Below are positions 35,859 to 45,054 of a DNA stretch of 64,000 bases, piece after piece. The stretch lies in NCBI GenBank assembly GCA_038065495.1, contig JBBTQW010000002.1:362641-426640 (forward strand), in the 5' to 3' direction. Each line of letters starts with the position of its first letter. Position 1 is the first letter of the stretch. Source of the DNA: Patescibacteria group bacterium. GTDB lineage: Bacteria > Patescibacteriota > Minisyncoccia > Phycocordibacterales > JACOZG01. The notes below the pieces were generated by a model. That model was not told the origin of the DNA. It did no database searches and was given only the letters and a program-made list of their open reading frames with translations. A program made the position numbers and the translations under genes.

Positions 35859-36581
35859 TTGAGTATGGAAACTGGCTACATTGGTGATTTCCAAAAGTTT
35901 CTTGATTATACAAATGAGAAAGAAGTTTTGCTGGCAGAAATCACGGAAGAATTGAGGCGGCATCAGTGCCGTTCTCTGCTCGATGTGGGCGCCGGCAATG
36001 GCCTGATGGCCATACCATTGTCACGACAAGTTTCGAAATATACTGCTGTTGAGACAAAGAAAGAATATGCTCTGGCGTTAAGAGAAGCTGGTTTGGAAGT
36101 AATAAACAGCGCTTTCCCAATAGAGCTTAGCCAAAAATATGACGCAGTCCTGTTTTCTCACGTTTTTTCTTATCTTCATCCTGATCACGAAGAATTTATC
36201 AACGCCGCGTGGCAGTTTCTTAACCAAAATGGCGTTCTGGTCATCGTTACTTATCGAGGCGAAGAAGACGATTGGACTAGGCTCATCAAGCAGCTTGGCT
36301 TACTTAACCCGGGAGATTATCCGGCAATCTTTGAGAATATGGTTAATCTCTTATCTTCGTTAGGGAAAACAACAGTCAGAAAAGTGGTCACGACCGTAAA
36401 AGCAGATAACATAGAGGACATGATCGCGGCATTATCTTTCGTCGCTAGCAACGGCGTGCCGGAGCGTAAGCAAAAGTTTATGACGCACCGAGAAGAAATC
36501 GTCGCTTTTCTGGAAAATTACAAAACAGATGATGGTTTCGCTTTTCCTTTCCAGCATTTTATTCTAGTGACGGAAAAATAG
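35859..36581 (+). CDS. SAM-dependent methyltransferase, hypothetical
   Basis: LLDVGAGNGLMAI motif I. Confidence 0.6.
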   Translation: MSMETGYIGDFQKFLDYTNEKEVLLAEITEELRRHQCRSLLDVGAGNGLMAIPLSRQVSKYTAVETKKEYALALREAGLEVINSAFPIELSQKYDAVLFSHVFSYLHPDHEEFINAAWQFLNQNGVLVIVTYRGEEDDWTRLIKQLGLLNPGDYPAIFENMVNLLSSLGKTTVRKVVTTVKADNIEDMIAALSFVASNGVPERKQKFMTHREEIVAFLENYKTDDGFAFPFQHFILVTEK

Positions 36582-36608
36582 TTCTAGTTTTATTGAGAGC
36601 TCTTGGTC

Positions 36609-36617
36609 TGCTATAAT
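36609..36617 (+). promoter_or_regulatory. Extended -10 TGCTATAAT upstream of the tiny uORF and ABC-F gene
   Basis: ggtcTGCTATAATtaa. Confidence 0.45.
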
Positions 36618-36647
36618 TAAACTTAATTAACAGCTAAGCAAAAAATT

Positions 36648-36710
36648 ATGGCGAAAGGGAATAATAGACAACAGAGAAACAAGAAAAAGCCGAAGAAAGT
36701 TAAGAAATAA
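36648..36710 (+). CDS. Tiny 20-aa poly-basic ORF (MAKGNNRQQRNKKKPKKVKK), possible leader peptide of the ABC-F gene
   Basis: Hand-translated. Sits between the TGCTATAAT promoter and the ABC-F ATG. No SD. Confidence 0.25.
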   Translation: MAKGNNRQQRNKKKPKKVKK

Positions 36711-36760
36711 GCGAGGGTCGGTGATATCGCGAGTGCGAGATTTGTGCTAGGCTCACAGCT

Positions 36761-38227
36761 ATGTCGCGCGACGAAGTTATTTTGCGTTTTGACGAAGTTA
36801 GCTTTGCTTACGAGCAGAATAAACCTATCTTGGAAGAGGTGAGTTTCTCTGTGCGTCGGAATTCTAAAATCACTATCATGGGGCAGAACGGTGGCGGCAA
36901 GAGCACAATTTTTAAACTAATTAATCGCGATCTCAAGCCAGAGTCGGGGAGCGTGATTGTCGGGCAAGGTCAGACTGTGGCGCTCTCGCGGCAGGTGATT
37001 CCCAGAGACGAATTAGATCTAACCGTGCGCGAGTTCTTTGCGAAAGGTTTTAAAAATAAAGTTTACGACATTGATCCCAAGATTGACGAAGTGTTGGAAG
37101 TCGTGAACTTGCGTGGTCATGTCAAAATGCATGAGCGAATCATGCGCTCGTTCTCGGGCGGTCAACAAGCGCGACTCTTGCTCGCTTCGGCACTAATCCA
37201 AAATCCGGATTTATTACTTCTTGATGAGCCGACTAACAACTTAGATAAAGCGGGCATCGCGCATCTCACAGATTTTCTCAAAAATTACGAGAAAACGGTT
37301 CTGGTAATTTCTCATGACTCAGACTTTCTCAACGCTTTTACTGACGGCGTTTTATATCTCGATATTTTTACGAGAAAAATTGAGCAATATCAGGGCAATT
37401 ATTTCGACGTGGTAAAGCAAATTGCGGCGAGAGTGGAGAAAGAGAATCGCAAAAATGCGCAGTTAGCGAAAGAGATTCAGGCTAATAAAGATAAAGCGAA
37501 CTTTTTTGCGAACAAAGGCGGGCAAATGCGCCTGGTGGCGCGCCGGATGCGCGACAAAGCCGAAGAACTGGAAGAAGCGAAAGTGGATACGAGACGTGAG
37601 GATAAAACGATTCGACCGTTTACGATTCCCACTCAGGCTAATCTGACTGGCAACATTCTCACGATTACAGACTTCACCACGCTAAATTTCAAAACGCATA
37701 AACCGGTCAAGCGCAAAGCGAATGTGATCTTGCGTCAGAAACAGCATTTGCTCTTGAGTGGGCCGAATGGTATTGGCAAGAGCACATTGCTCGAAGCAAT
37801 TGCGGAGAATAAAGCGAGTGGCTCGGTAATTCTGCCCGGCACAGTCGTTGGCTATTATCGTCAGGATTTCTCGACTTTAAATTTCGAAGACACAGTTCAT
37901 CAGTCGCTCTTGTCTGTAATGCGAGAGAAAGTAGAAGAAAATATGAGAGTCACCGCGGCGGGTTTTTTAATCACTTCGGACTTGATTAGAAGCAAAATTG
38001 GCAGTTTGTCGGAAGGGCAAAAAGGTTTAGTCGCTTTTGCGCGATTGGTTTTACAAAAGCCGGGATTATTAATTCTCGATGAGCCGACGAATCACATCAA
38101 CTTCCGGCACCTTCCTATAATCGCCGAGGCGCTCAATAAATACGAAGGCGCCATGGTCCTCGTGAGCCACGTGCCAGAATTTGTAGCGAAAATTCGGATT
38201 GACGAGACGTTAGATTTGGAGAAGTAA
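36761..38227 (+). CDS. ABC-F family ATPase (tandem ABC domains, no TM; translation factor or ARE-like)
   Basis: Walker A GQNGGGKST and GPNGIGKST. Signatures LSGGQQARL and LSEGQKGLV. Interdomain linker of about 80 aa. Confidence 0.9.
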   Translation: MSRDEVILRFDEVSFAYEQNKPILEEVSFSVRRNSKITIMGQNGGGKSTIFKLINRDLKPESGSVIVGQGQTVALSRQVIPRDELDLTVREFFAKGFKNKVYDIDPKIDEVLEVVNLRGHVKMHERIMRSFSGGQQARLLLASALIQNPDLLLLDEPTNNLDKAGIAHLTDFLKNYEKTVLVISHDSDFLNAFTDGVLYLDIFTRKIEQYQGNYFDVVKQIAARVEKENRKNAQLAKEIQANKDKANFFANKGGQMRLVARRMRDKAEELEEAKVDTRREDKTIRPFTIPTQANLTGNILTITDFTTLNFKTHKPVKRKANVILRQKQHLLLSGPNGIGKSTLLEAIAENKASGSVILPGTVVGYYRQDFSTLNFEDTVHQSLLSVMREKVEENMRVTAAGFLITSDLIRSKIGSLSEGQKGLVAFARLVLQKPGLLILDEPTNHINFRHLPIIAEALNKYEGAMVLVSHVPEFVAKIRIDETLDLEK

Positions 38228-38266
38228 GCTCGGGACTTTTAAAGCTTAAACTGCTAGAATTTTGGA

Positions 38267-38641
38267 ATGCAAAAAGTGAAACTCGGAGTGCTGCTTGTCG
38301 GTGTTTCGGACTTGAATAAGGCGAGACCGTTCTACGAGAATGTTTTTGGGATAAAAGTCACAGATTTCAGACCGCCATTTATGCAAGGGGAATTGGGTAA
38401 TATCGAGTTTAATATTGAAGAAAATGCCCCATATCGAAGTTCTGATTGGGGGATTAAGAACATTGGAAATAGAAAATCGTTTACGTTTCAAGTGGGTGAC
38501 ATTTTCAAGTTTTTAGAAGACGCTGAAAAGGCGGGAGCAAAAGTAGTAGAAAAGCCGATCAAACAGGAGTGGGGTTGGTACGATGCGGTAATTGCCGATA
38601 TGGATGGCAATGAATTTGTCATCGAACAGGAGATTAACTAG
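38267..38641 (+). CDS. VOC (glyoxalase/bleomycin-resistance) family protein
   Basis: 124 aa with a betaalphabetabetabeta-fold-like pattern. DMDGNEFVIEQ. Confidence 0.6.
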   Translation: MQKVKLGVLLVGVSDLNKARPFYENVFGIKVTDFRPPFMQGELGNIEFNIEENAPYRSSDWGIKNIGNRKSFTFQVGDIFKFLEDAEKAGAKVVEKPIKQEWGWYDAVIADMDGNEFVIEQEIN

Positions 38642-39914
38642 CACTCGCCGCTGAGCCAGCTACAAAGCCGGAAGTCCAGCAGAGTTGCAGGCTGTAGCCA
38701 CCGCTTGGGCGATCGATGTTGAGAATGTCGCCGATCAAGTAGAGATTGGGGTAAAGTCGGGAGCGCATATGTTTGAAATCAACTTCGTGGATCGCCACGC
38801 CGCCACTGGTGATTACCGCTTTCTCGACGCCCAATAATTTTTTTACAGCCAGTGGAACACTTTTTAGTGTTTGCACGAGCTTTATTCGCGCTTCGCGCGT
38901 CACACTGTGGCACGGCGTTTCTGGCGCAATCTCGGCGAGCTCGAGAATCACTGGCACTAGCGCGGTGGGGATAATCTCGGCTAGAGCATTGCGGAGCTTT
39001 TTCTTATCATGACTTTTAAATAATTCTTGCAGCGATTTATTTAACTCGCCATAATCTTGTTTTGGTAATAAATCGAGCACGAGTGTGACTTCGCCATACT
39101 TCAATAGTTCGCCAATATCTTTGCTTAAGTTGAGAATCATTGGCCCGGTCAGGCCCACATGCGTAAAGAGAATTTTGCCTTTTGCGATTTGCTGTTTCTG
39201 ATTGTTTTGCAGAACTGTAATTTTCGTATCAGCCAAGCTTACGCCGGCGAGATTCTTGATCCACTTATCTTTCAACATTACTGGCACCAGCGATGGTTCT
39301 GGCTCGATCACCGTGTGGCCCAGCGCTCTGAGCCACTTATAACCGTCACCAGTCGAGCCAGTTTCTGGTCGGGAAGTGCCACCAGTCGCAATAATAATAT
39401 TTCTACCCAGAATTATTTTTTTATTTTTCAATTTCACGCCGGTAATTACTTTATTCTCACAAATTATTTCTGTGACGCTAGAATTAGATAAAACAGTCAC
39501 TTTATTTTTCTGTAAATTCTCAACTAAAACATCCCAGACAGACTGCGCTGAGTTAGAAACCGGAAAAGTGCGCAATTCGTTTTCCACTTTTGTGGGCATG
39601 TTTCTGGTGTGGAAAAAGTCTAGAGTTTCGGCCACAGACCATTGCGCGAAAGCCGAAAAGAGGAATTTTCCGCCGCCTTTAAATTTTTCTAATAATTTTC
39701 GCGTATCAAATTCTGAATTGGTGACGTTACAACGCCCACCGCCAGTGATCAGCAATTTCTCGCCTAATTTATTATTTTTTTCTAATAAGATTACGCGCGC
39801 GCCACGCTCCGCCGCCGTGCCGGCGGCCATCATCCCGGCTGGTCCGCCACCAACAACGATTACGTCCCAGATCTTTTCTGTTGCGCCTAGAGCATTTTCA
39901 ATCATTTCTGCCAC
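38634..39914 (-). CDS. HI0933/BaiN-family FAD-dependent flavoprotein
   Basis: DVIVVGGGPAGMMAAGTAAERGARVILLEKNNKLGEKLLITGGGRCNVTN. Confidence 0.8.
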   Translation of the reverse strand: MAEMIENALGATEKIWDVIVVGGGPAGMMAAGTAAERGARVILLEKNNKLGEKLLITGGGRCNVTNSEFDTRKLLEKFKGGGKFLFSAFAQWSVAETLDFFHTRNMPTKVENELRTFPVSNSAQSVWDVLVENLQKNKVTVLSNSSVTEIICENKVITGVKLKNKKIILGRNIIIATGGTSRPETGSTGDGYKWLRALGHTVIEPEPSLVPVMLKDKWIKNLAGVSLADTKITVLQNNQKQQIAKGKILFTHVGLTGPMILNLSKDIGELLKYGEVTLVLDLLPKQDYGELNKSLQELFKSHDKKKLRNALAEIIPTALVPVILELAEIAPETPCHSVTREARIKLVQTLKSVPLAVKKLLGVEKAVITSGGVAIHEVDFKHMRSRLYPNLYLIGDILNIDRPSGGYSLQLCWTSGFVAGSAASAS

Positions 39915-40051
39915 TCTAGCAGAAAAGTGGCATTAGCTCTATTGGGGGAAAAGAGTCTTGCTTTTTGTTGTTCTCTGAGTAGTATCTTGGTTGGCACTTG
40001 GACATACGATATAGATATACAGAACTTCTACAAGAAAAGGAAGGTACAAAA

Positions 40052-40693
40052 ATGATTACTGTAGCTAGAACAAGAAGCGCTTTGTTGTCGGCTTATGACA
40101 AGACTGGCGTGGAAGATTTGGCTCAAGGTCTGACCGATCTTGGCTGGAACATTTTAGCTTCGTCAGGTACGCGGAAGTATCTGGTGGAGAAAGGCGTTGA
40201 GTCCAGAGACGTGGCTGACCTCGTTGGTGAGCCAATCTTGGACCATCGGGTGGTGACGCTTTCTCGCAAGATCCACGCTGGTCTCTTGGCTAGGAATAAT
40301 CTGGACGATCTGGCAGAGTTGAAACGAATCGACGCTCCGTTCATTGATTTGGTCTTCGTTGATCTCTACCCACTCCAAGACGAGATCAGCAAAGCAGATC
40401 GCACGCTCCGGTCGGTGATCGATAAGACTGACATCGGCGGGCCAACTCTCTTGCGGGCGGCGGCTAAGGGTCGTCGGCTTGTGCTTTGCAACCCGAATCA
40501 GATCTCGGGCATCTTGAATTACCTCAGGGTCAGTGCCACGGTAGGATCGGCGGAGAAGCACGAAAGTCTTGTTTCTGCCCTTGTCGCTCAGGCCGAGTTC
40601 TTGGTCGCAGACTACTGTCGCGCTTCGGCCTTGTTCCACCAAGGTGTGACCGGGGAACAGATTCGCGAATATCTTGGTAGCGCGACGAGTTGA
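40052..40693 (+). CDS. Stand-alone IMP cyclohydrolase domain (PurH N-terminal, MGS-like)
   Basis: ALLSAYDKTGVEDLAQGL...LASSGTRKYL...DLVFVDLYP...TDIGGPTLLRAAAKG matches the PurH cyclohydrolase domain. AAGGAAGG RBS. No AICAR-transformylase domain follows. Confidence 0.65.
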   Translation: MITVARTRSALLSAYDKTGVEDLAQGLTDLGWNILASSGTRKYLVEKGVESRDVADLVGEPILDHRVVTLSRKIHAGLLARNNLDDLAELKRIDAPFIDLVFVDLYPLQDEISKADRTLRSVIDKTDIGGPTLLRAAAKGRRLVLCNPNQISGILNYLRVSATVGSAEKHESLVSALVAQAEFLVADYCRASALFHQGVTGEQIREYLGSATS

Positions 40694-40708
40694 GTAAGTT
40701 GGAAGTTT

Positions 40709-40748
40709 TGGCCCCGCGCGTTTTACGCGCGGGGCCCTTCTGTTTATT
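40709..40748 (+). terminator. Intrinsic terminator ggccccgcgcg-tttta-cgcgcggggcc
   Basis: Perfect 11-bp GC stem, then cttctgtttatttg. Confidence 0.7.
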
Positions 40749-40789
40749 TGTACTTTTAATAATGAAATTGTGATAATGTTTTAATCAAC

Positions 40790-41422
40790 ATGAACAAATC
40801 TGGCAAAATCATTGCAATTGTGGGGGCGCCACGGAGCGGGAAATCTTTTTTGGCAAAAAAGTTGGCAGCGCATTATGATGCTAAATTATTTCTCGAGGGT
40901 GATAACGGTTCCGGCGCGGAAAAATTTCCCGATTGGCTAGCGGAAAGTATTGCCGAGGATAAGTGGCATCTCGGGCGGCAATTGTGGTTCCGTTCGCAAC
41001 TGGCCAAGAGCCAATTAGTCGCTCAACAAGAGCGAGAACTGGGCCGTGTGGTGATTATGGACACTTTTTGGATGAGCACTAGCCTTTATGTCGAGACGAC
41101 TTTATCTGGCTGGGAGCGCGACTTGATGCGAGAAGTGATAGATCTAGATCGTAATTGGCTCAGCTTGCCTGACCTGGTGATCTGGCTTAAGATATCAGAG
41201 GCGGGTATCAGGCGTTTCTTGGCATCCGGCGGGCGAGCCTTTGATCAATCAGAGGCTTATCTGCAGAATACCGTTTTGCCAGTCAACGACTTGCATGCCA
41301 AGTTCTTTACAGCAGATAAAACAGGAATGAAGGTGCTAACAGTCGAGCGCGAGTCGCTGGACTTTGCGAACAATCACGACTTCCTTGCTCTCGTGGAGCA
41401 GGTGGAGTCTCGGCTCAAATAA
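40790..41422 (+). CDS. P-loop kinase, deoxynucleoside-kinase-like
   Basis: IIAIVGAPRSGKSFLAKKLA Walker A. Size and layout like dNK/dNMP kinases. Confidence 0.5.
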   Translation: MNKSGKIIAIVGAPRSGKSFLAKKLAAHYDAKLFLEGDNGSGAEKFPDWLAESIAEDKWHLGRQLWFRSQLAKSQLVAQQERELGRVVIMDTFWMSTSLYVETTLSGWERDLMREVIDLDRNWLSLPDLVIWLKISEAGIRRFLASGGRAFDQSEAYLQNTVLPVNDLHAKFFTADKTGMKVLTVERESLDFANNHDFLALVEQVESRLK

Positions 41423-41471
41423 ACTAGGACCAAAACAGTAAAACCAGAAAATATTTCAGAAGGAGAGTTAC

Positions 41472-42116
41472 GTGTTTAAGAAAGTTATTTTTGATGTTGA
41501 CGGTGTCTTGGTGGATAGCGCGCCAGAGATGTATCGAGGTTGTCGGGCGGTCTTTGCTCAGCTGGGTCAGGGTTTGAGAGTGCCTAGCTACGACGACTTT
41601 CTGAAGACAGTCCAGACACCTTTCTCGGTTTACTATCGAGAGCTTGGTGTTAAGGGTACTGACGAGGAAATTACCCGGGCCTATTTCTCGGCGGCAAGAC
41701 ATGATGAGGCGCCACTCTTCCCTGACGTGATCAACACGCTTCAGGCGCTTGCCGATGCTAATGTGCGCTTGGCAATCGTGAGCGGGCATCATCAGGCGAG
41801 CTTGGAGAAGCGCTTTACCGAGCGGGGTTTGGCCGACTACTTCGATGCTATTGTTGGCAATGCTTCTAACAAGGTTGAGGCGATCAGACGTCTCTGTGCC
41901 AGTGCTGGTGTGGATCCAGAATCGACTTGCTTGGTTGGAGATCTGATCTCGGATGCACGCGATGGCCGTGATGCCGGTGTGAAGGTGGTTGGTTGTACCC
42001 GTGGCAATCCCACGATGCATGCGCTTCGGCACGCCGGTGCTCACCATGTGATCAGAGATCTGGACGGGCTGGTTCACTTGATCCATTCTAATCCGTCTGT
42101 CGCCGCTTCCTGTTGA
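41472..42116 (+). CDS. HAD-superfamily hydrolase (phosphoglycolate-phosphatase-like)
   Basis: VIFDVDGVLVDS motif I (DxDG). Motif III/IV region VGDLISDARDG. Confidence 0.8.
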   Translation: MFKKVIFDVDGVLVDSAPEMYRGCRAVFAQLGQGLRVPSYDDFLKTVQTPFSVYYRELGVKGTDEEITRAYFSAARHDEAPLFPDVINTLQALADANVRLAIVSGHHQASLEKRFTERGLADYFDAIVGNASNKVEAIRRLCASAGVDPESTCLVGDLISDARDGRDAGVKVVGCTRGNPTMHALRHAGAHHVIRDLDGLVHLIHSNPSVAASC

Positions 42117-42156
42117 GTCTGCTTCTGCTGTGGCCTTAAAACCACAGAAATCCCAA

Positions 42157-42195
42157 GCCCCGGGCGCGTTACTGCGCTTGGGGCTTTCTTTTTCT
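42157..42195 (+). terminator. Intrinsic terminator gccccgggcgc-gttact-gcgcttggggc plus T-rich tail
   Basis: 11-bp stem with 2 G·U pairs, then TTTCTTTTTC. Confidence 0.6.
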
Positions 42196-42223
42196 TAATC
42201 CAGATAATCCACTGTCCGAACGC

Positions 42224-42253
42224 TTGACAGCCCGCTACCTTTTAGACTAGACT
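42224..42253 (+). promoter_or_regulatory. Promoter TTGACA-N18-TAGACT
   Basis: cTTGACAgcccgctaccttttagacTAGACT. Confidence 0.35.
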
Positions 42254-42382
42254 AAAGTCTGCTGTGATTGTCTTGTTTCTGGCGCCGCGCGGCGTCCCAA
42301 GATGATCAAAAAACAAATTGTTCTTTCCCAATCGAACAACATTGAGGGGAAGAAGTTGAGTTTGTAGAAGGAGGAAAGTGTC

Positions 42383-42592
42383 ATGGTTATTTTTGATGGC
42401 TCTAAAGATGGTCCCCATCGAACTGAACCTTATTCCGGTGATTCAGTTCCACAGATCCAGACTCCGCGGGGAGAGATCGTTGGCTTTTTTACCCACGGAT
42501 CGTCTAAGTCTGAAGGGGGATCTCTCCCCAAGGGTCCCGGGCCGCCTAAACCCGAAAAACCCTTTGCCCCACATCCACAGTCAACCCGATAG
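42383..42592 (+). CDS. Small Pro/Gly-rich hypothetical protein (69 aa)
   Basis: GAAGGAGGA RBS 8 nt upstream of the ATG. Confidence 0.35.
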   Translation: MVIFDGSKDGPHRTEPYSGDSVPQIQTPRGEIVGFFTHGSSKSEGGSLPKGPGPPKPEKPFAPHPQSTR

Positions 42593-42640
42593 TTTTCTTT
42601 CATGTCTTGGGGGGTTAAAAATTAGAAAAGGATTTCTGTA

Positions 42641-43003
42641 ATGAACGCTCCAGCGGTAGTGGAAAAAAGTGTCCATGTCCATATTGGGCAACTCATTATT
42701 GGCGGTCGTGATGATCTGGTGTTTGGTAAGTTGGCGATGATTGATGTTAGATCCAACGCTTTCATCGAGCCGTCTCCGACTCTACGCCAGAGGAAGGCCA
42801 AGGTCTTTTCCATCGGACACGATGGAAAGCTTACCCCCGTGGCCATACCCAGGGATGGCAGGATCAGGATGGCCGCTTCGCAAGTTTTTAAGGTTATGCC
42901 TATGGACGGGAGATCAACCGTCTTCATTGGCCGGACCGGTGTGGCCACAGAACTGGGGACAAAGTTTATTTTTCCAGATGAGTGGCCACCATACCCCAAC
43001 TGA
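42641..43003 (+). CDS. Hypothetical protein (120 aa)
   Basis: Co-oriented with the 42383 gene. Followed by two GC hairpin terminators (43026-43064, 43103-43120). Confidence 0.35.
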   Translation: MNAPAVVEKSVHVHIGQLIIGGRDDLVFGKLAMIDVRSNAFIEPSPTLRQRKAKVFSIGHDGKLTPVAIPRDGRIRMAASQVFKVMPMDGRSTVFIGRTGVATELGTKFIFPDEWPPYPN

Positions 43004-43160
43004 TTCCTCAATGTTCGATTCCAAGCGCCTAGTCTGGTTTATCCGGCCTGGGCGTTTTTTTTGACTTGACTTTCGCTGGCGCTTAGCCCATACTAGCCCT
43101 AAGCCCCCGGGGCGTTTTTTAAACTAAATAAATCAGTTAAAATACTATAAAATAAACAAA

Positions 43161-43340
43161 ATGGGATTAGCTAATTATTTTCGCGAGACGAGAGTGGAAC
43201 TGCGACAGGTCACTTGGCCCACGCGGCGCCAAACTCTTGTCTACACTATCGTTGTTGTCGTCTTGTCGCTTGGCGTGGCGCTATTCTTGGGTCTGTTTGA
43301 TGTGATCTTTAGCTGGTTGTTAAAATTAATTTTTAGCTAA
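43161..43340 (+). CDS. secE: Preprotein translocase subunit SecE
   Basis: Hand-translated 59 aa: MGLANYFRETRVELRQVTWPTRRQTLVYTIVVVVLSLGVALFLGLFDVIFSWLLKLIFS*. Below the ORF track cutoff. Immediately precedes nusG. Confidence 0.75.
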   Translation: MGLANYFRETRVELRQVTWPTRRQTLVYTIVVVVLSLGVALFLGLFDVIFSWLLKLIFS

Positions 43341-43342
43341 AC

Positions 43343-43888
43343 ATGAGCAAACAAGAACTGCCACCAGAGCGACAATGGTATGCCATCCACACTTATGCCG
43401 GCTACGAGAACGCCGTGGCGCGTAACTTGCGGCAGAGAATTGAATCGCTCGACATGGGCAATAAAATCTTTCAAGTTATCGTGCCCACGGAGAAAAAGGT
43501 GAAAGTCAAAGGCGGTAAGCGCGTGACGGTGGAAGAAAAGATTTACCCCGGCTATGTGTTGGTGGAGATGATGGTGACGGAAGATTCTTGGTACGTGGTG
43601 CGCAATACGCCACGCGTGACGGGCTTCGTCGGCTCGGGTGTGGTGCCAGTGCCGCTGGACGCTAGCGAGATTGCTGGCTTGTTTGCGCGCATGGACACAG
43701 ATAACGTGAAGCACAAGATCGACTTTTCCATCGGTGAGGCGATCCAGATTACGGACGGACCGTTTAAAGATTTCGAAGGTAAAGTGAGCGAGCTGGACGA
43801 TGAGCGGGGCAAAGTGAAGGTGCTGGTCTCCCTCTTCGGCCGCGAGACACCGGTGGAGATCGACTTCTTGCAAATCAAGAAGATTTAA
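43343..43888 (+). CDS. nusG: Transcription termination/antitermination factor NusG
   Basis: 181 aa. NGN domain WYAIHTYAGYENAV. C-terminal KOW. Confidence 0.9.
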   Translation: MSKQELPPERQWYAIHTYAGYENAVARNLRQRIESLDMGNKIFQVIVPTEKKVKVKGGKRVTVEEKIYPGYVLVEMMVTEDSWYVVRNTPRVTGFVGSGVVPVPLDASEIAGLFARMDTDNVKHKIDFSIGEAIQITDGPFKDFEGKVSELDDERGKVKVLVSLFGRETPVEIDFLQIKKI

Positions 43889-43913
43889 GGTAGTTTAAAG
43901 TCTCAACTAGATT

Positions 43914-44339
43914 ATGGCTAAACAAATTACTAAAAAGCTCAAACTCGTGATCCCAGGCGGCGCGGCCGTGCCGGGGCAGAAGTTGGGTCCAGCTCTCGGT
44001 CAGGCCGGTATCCCGATCGGCGACTTCGTTAAGCGCTTCAACGACGCTACAGCGAATATGAAAGGCGATCTGATCCCGGCCGAAATTACTGTTTATGCTG
44101 ACAGATCATTTGATTTTATTCTCAAAACGCCGCCAGTTTCGTCATTACTTTTCAAAGCAGCAGGTGTAGAAGGTGGTTCGGGCAAGAATAATCAGAAGAA
44201 AGCCGGCAAAGTGACAATGAAGCAAATCCGCGAGATTGCGGAGAAGAAACTGCCTGACTTGAATGCTACAACTATCGAATCAGCTGTAAAAACAGTTTTA
44301 GGCTCGGCTCGCTCGGCGGGGATTGAGGTGGTTGGTTAG
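43914..44339 (+). CDS. rplK: 50S ribosomal protein L11
   Basis: MAKQITKKLKLVIPGGAAVPGQKLGPALGQAGIPIGDFVKRFN. Confidence 0.95.
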   Translation: MAKQITKKLKLVIPGGAAVPGQKLGPALGQAGIPIGDFVKRFNDATANMKGDLIPAEITVYADRSFDFILKTPPVSSLLFKAAGVEGGSGKNNQKKAGKVTMKQIREIAEKKLPDLNATTIESAVKTVLGSARSAGIEVVG

Positions 44340-44347
44340 TTTTTAAA

Positions 44348-45025
44348 TTATTTCTTTCGCAATTCGCGATCGCGCCACAGGGTCGGCAGCATCATTTCTG
44401 GTTTCCAGGTTTTTTCTAACTTTTTAATATCCGTCGTTTTGTTGTATTTGCCGGTTTTAGTGTAATCGTCACCCATAATTTCGCCAGTTTCAAAGAAGAT
44501 CATCTGCGCGATTCTGCGGCCGACAACTAGGGGAATACTGTATCGTGTAGAATTATTGGTAATTTCCATCGTCCAGCGATTGGTGTAGCCCACATCGCCC
44601 CAGCCAGCACACTTGCAGACAGAGATGAAGACTCGGCCGAAGGATGAGCGCGCCTTCATCATGGTGGTGATGTGCTTCTTGCCACCGATAAATTCATTGG
44701 TGTGGCCAAGGATTGTCTCGCCCGGCTCAAGCAGAATAATCCGGTCATCCGGACTGATATTATCGTAATCAAAGTTGAAGCGTTGGAAGACGTCCTTGGC
44801 CTTCTCGGCCCGATAAGGTTTCTCGCCCCACACGTAATCTGTATCCGCTTTGCTATAAATATTGTAGATTTTGTGATGATACTTAGAGTGATGCTGTTCG
44901 CGATAGAACCATTCGCCCAGCGTTAAGTCATAACTAGAAGTCGCGAGATTAGCGCGCTTAAAAGGCGAAATCACAATATCGCCTTTCCCCATTTCTTCTA
45001 AGATTCGCTTATCTGATAGCGCCAT
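44348..45025 (-). CDS. dcd: dCTP deaminase-family protein (Dcd/dUTPase superfamily, long form with insertion)
   Basis: MALSDKRILEEMGKGDIVISPF...ATSSYDLTLG, a Dcd N-terminal signature. In a thyA-folA-dcd operon. Confidence 0.7.
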   Translation of the reverse strand: MALSDKRILEEMGKGDIVISPFKRANLATSSYDLTLGEWFYREQHHSKYHHKIYNIYSKADTDYVWGEKPYRAEKAKDVFQRFNFDYDNISPDDRIILLEPGETILGHTNEFIGGKKHITTMMKARSSFGRVFISVCKCAGWGDVGYTNRWTMEITNNSTRYSIPLVVGRRIAQMIFFETGEIMGDDYTKTGKYNKTTDIKKLEKTWKPEMMLPTLWRDRELRKK

Positions 45026-45054
45026 GTTTTTTGTGATTTAGTTGCCCGAGTGTA

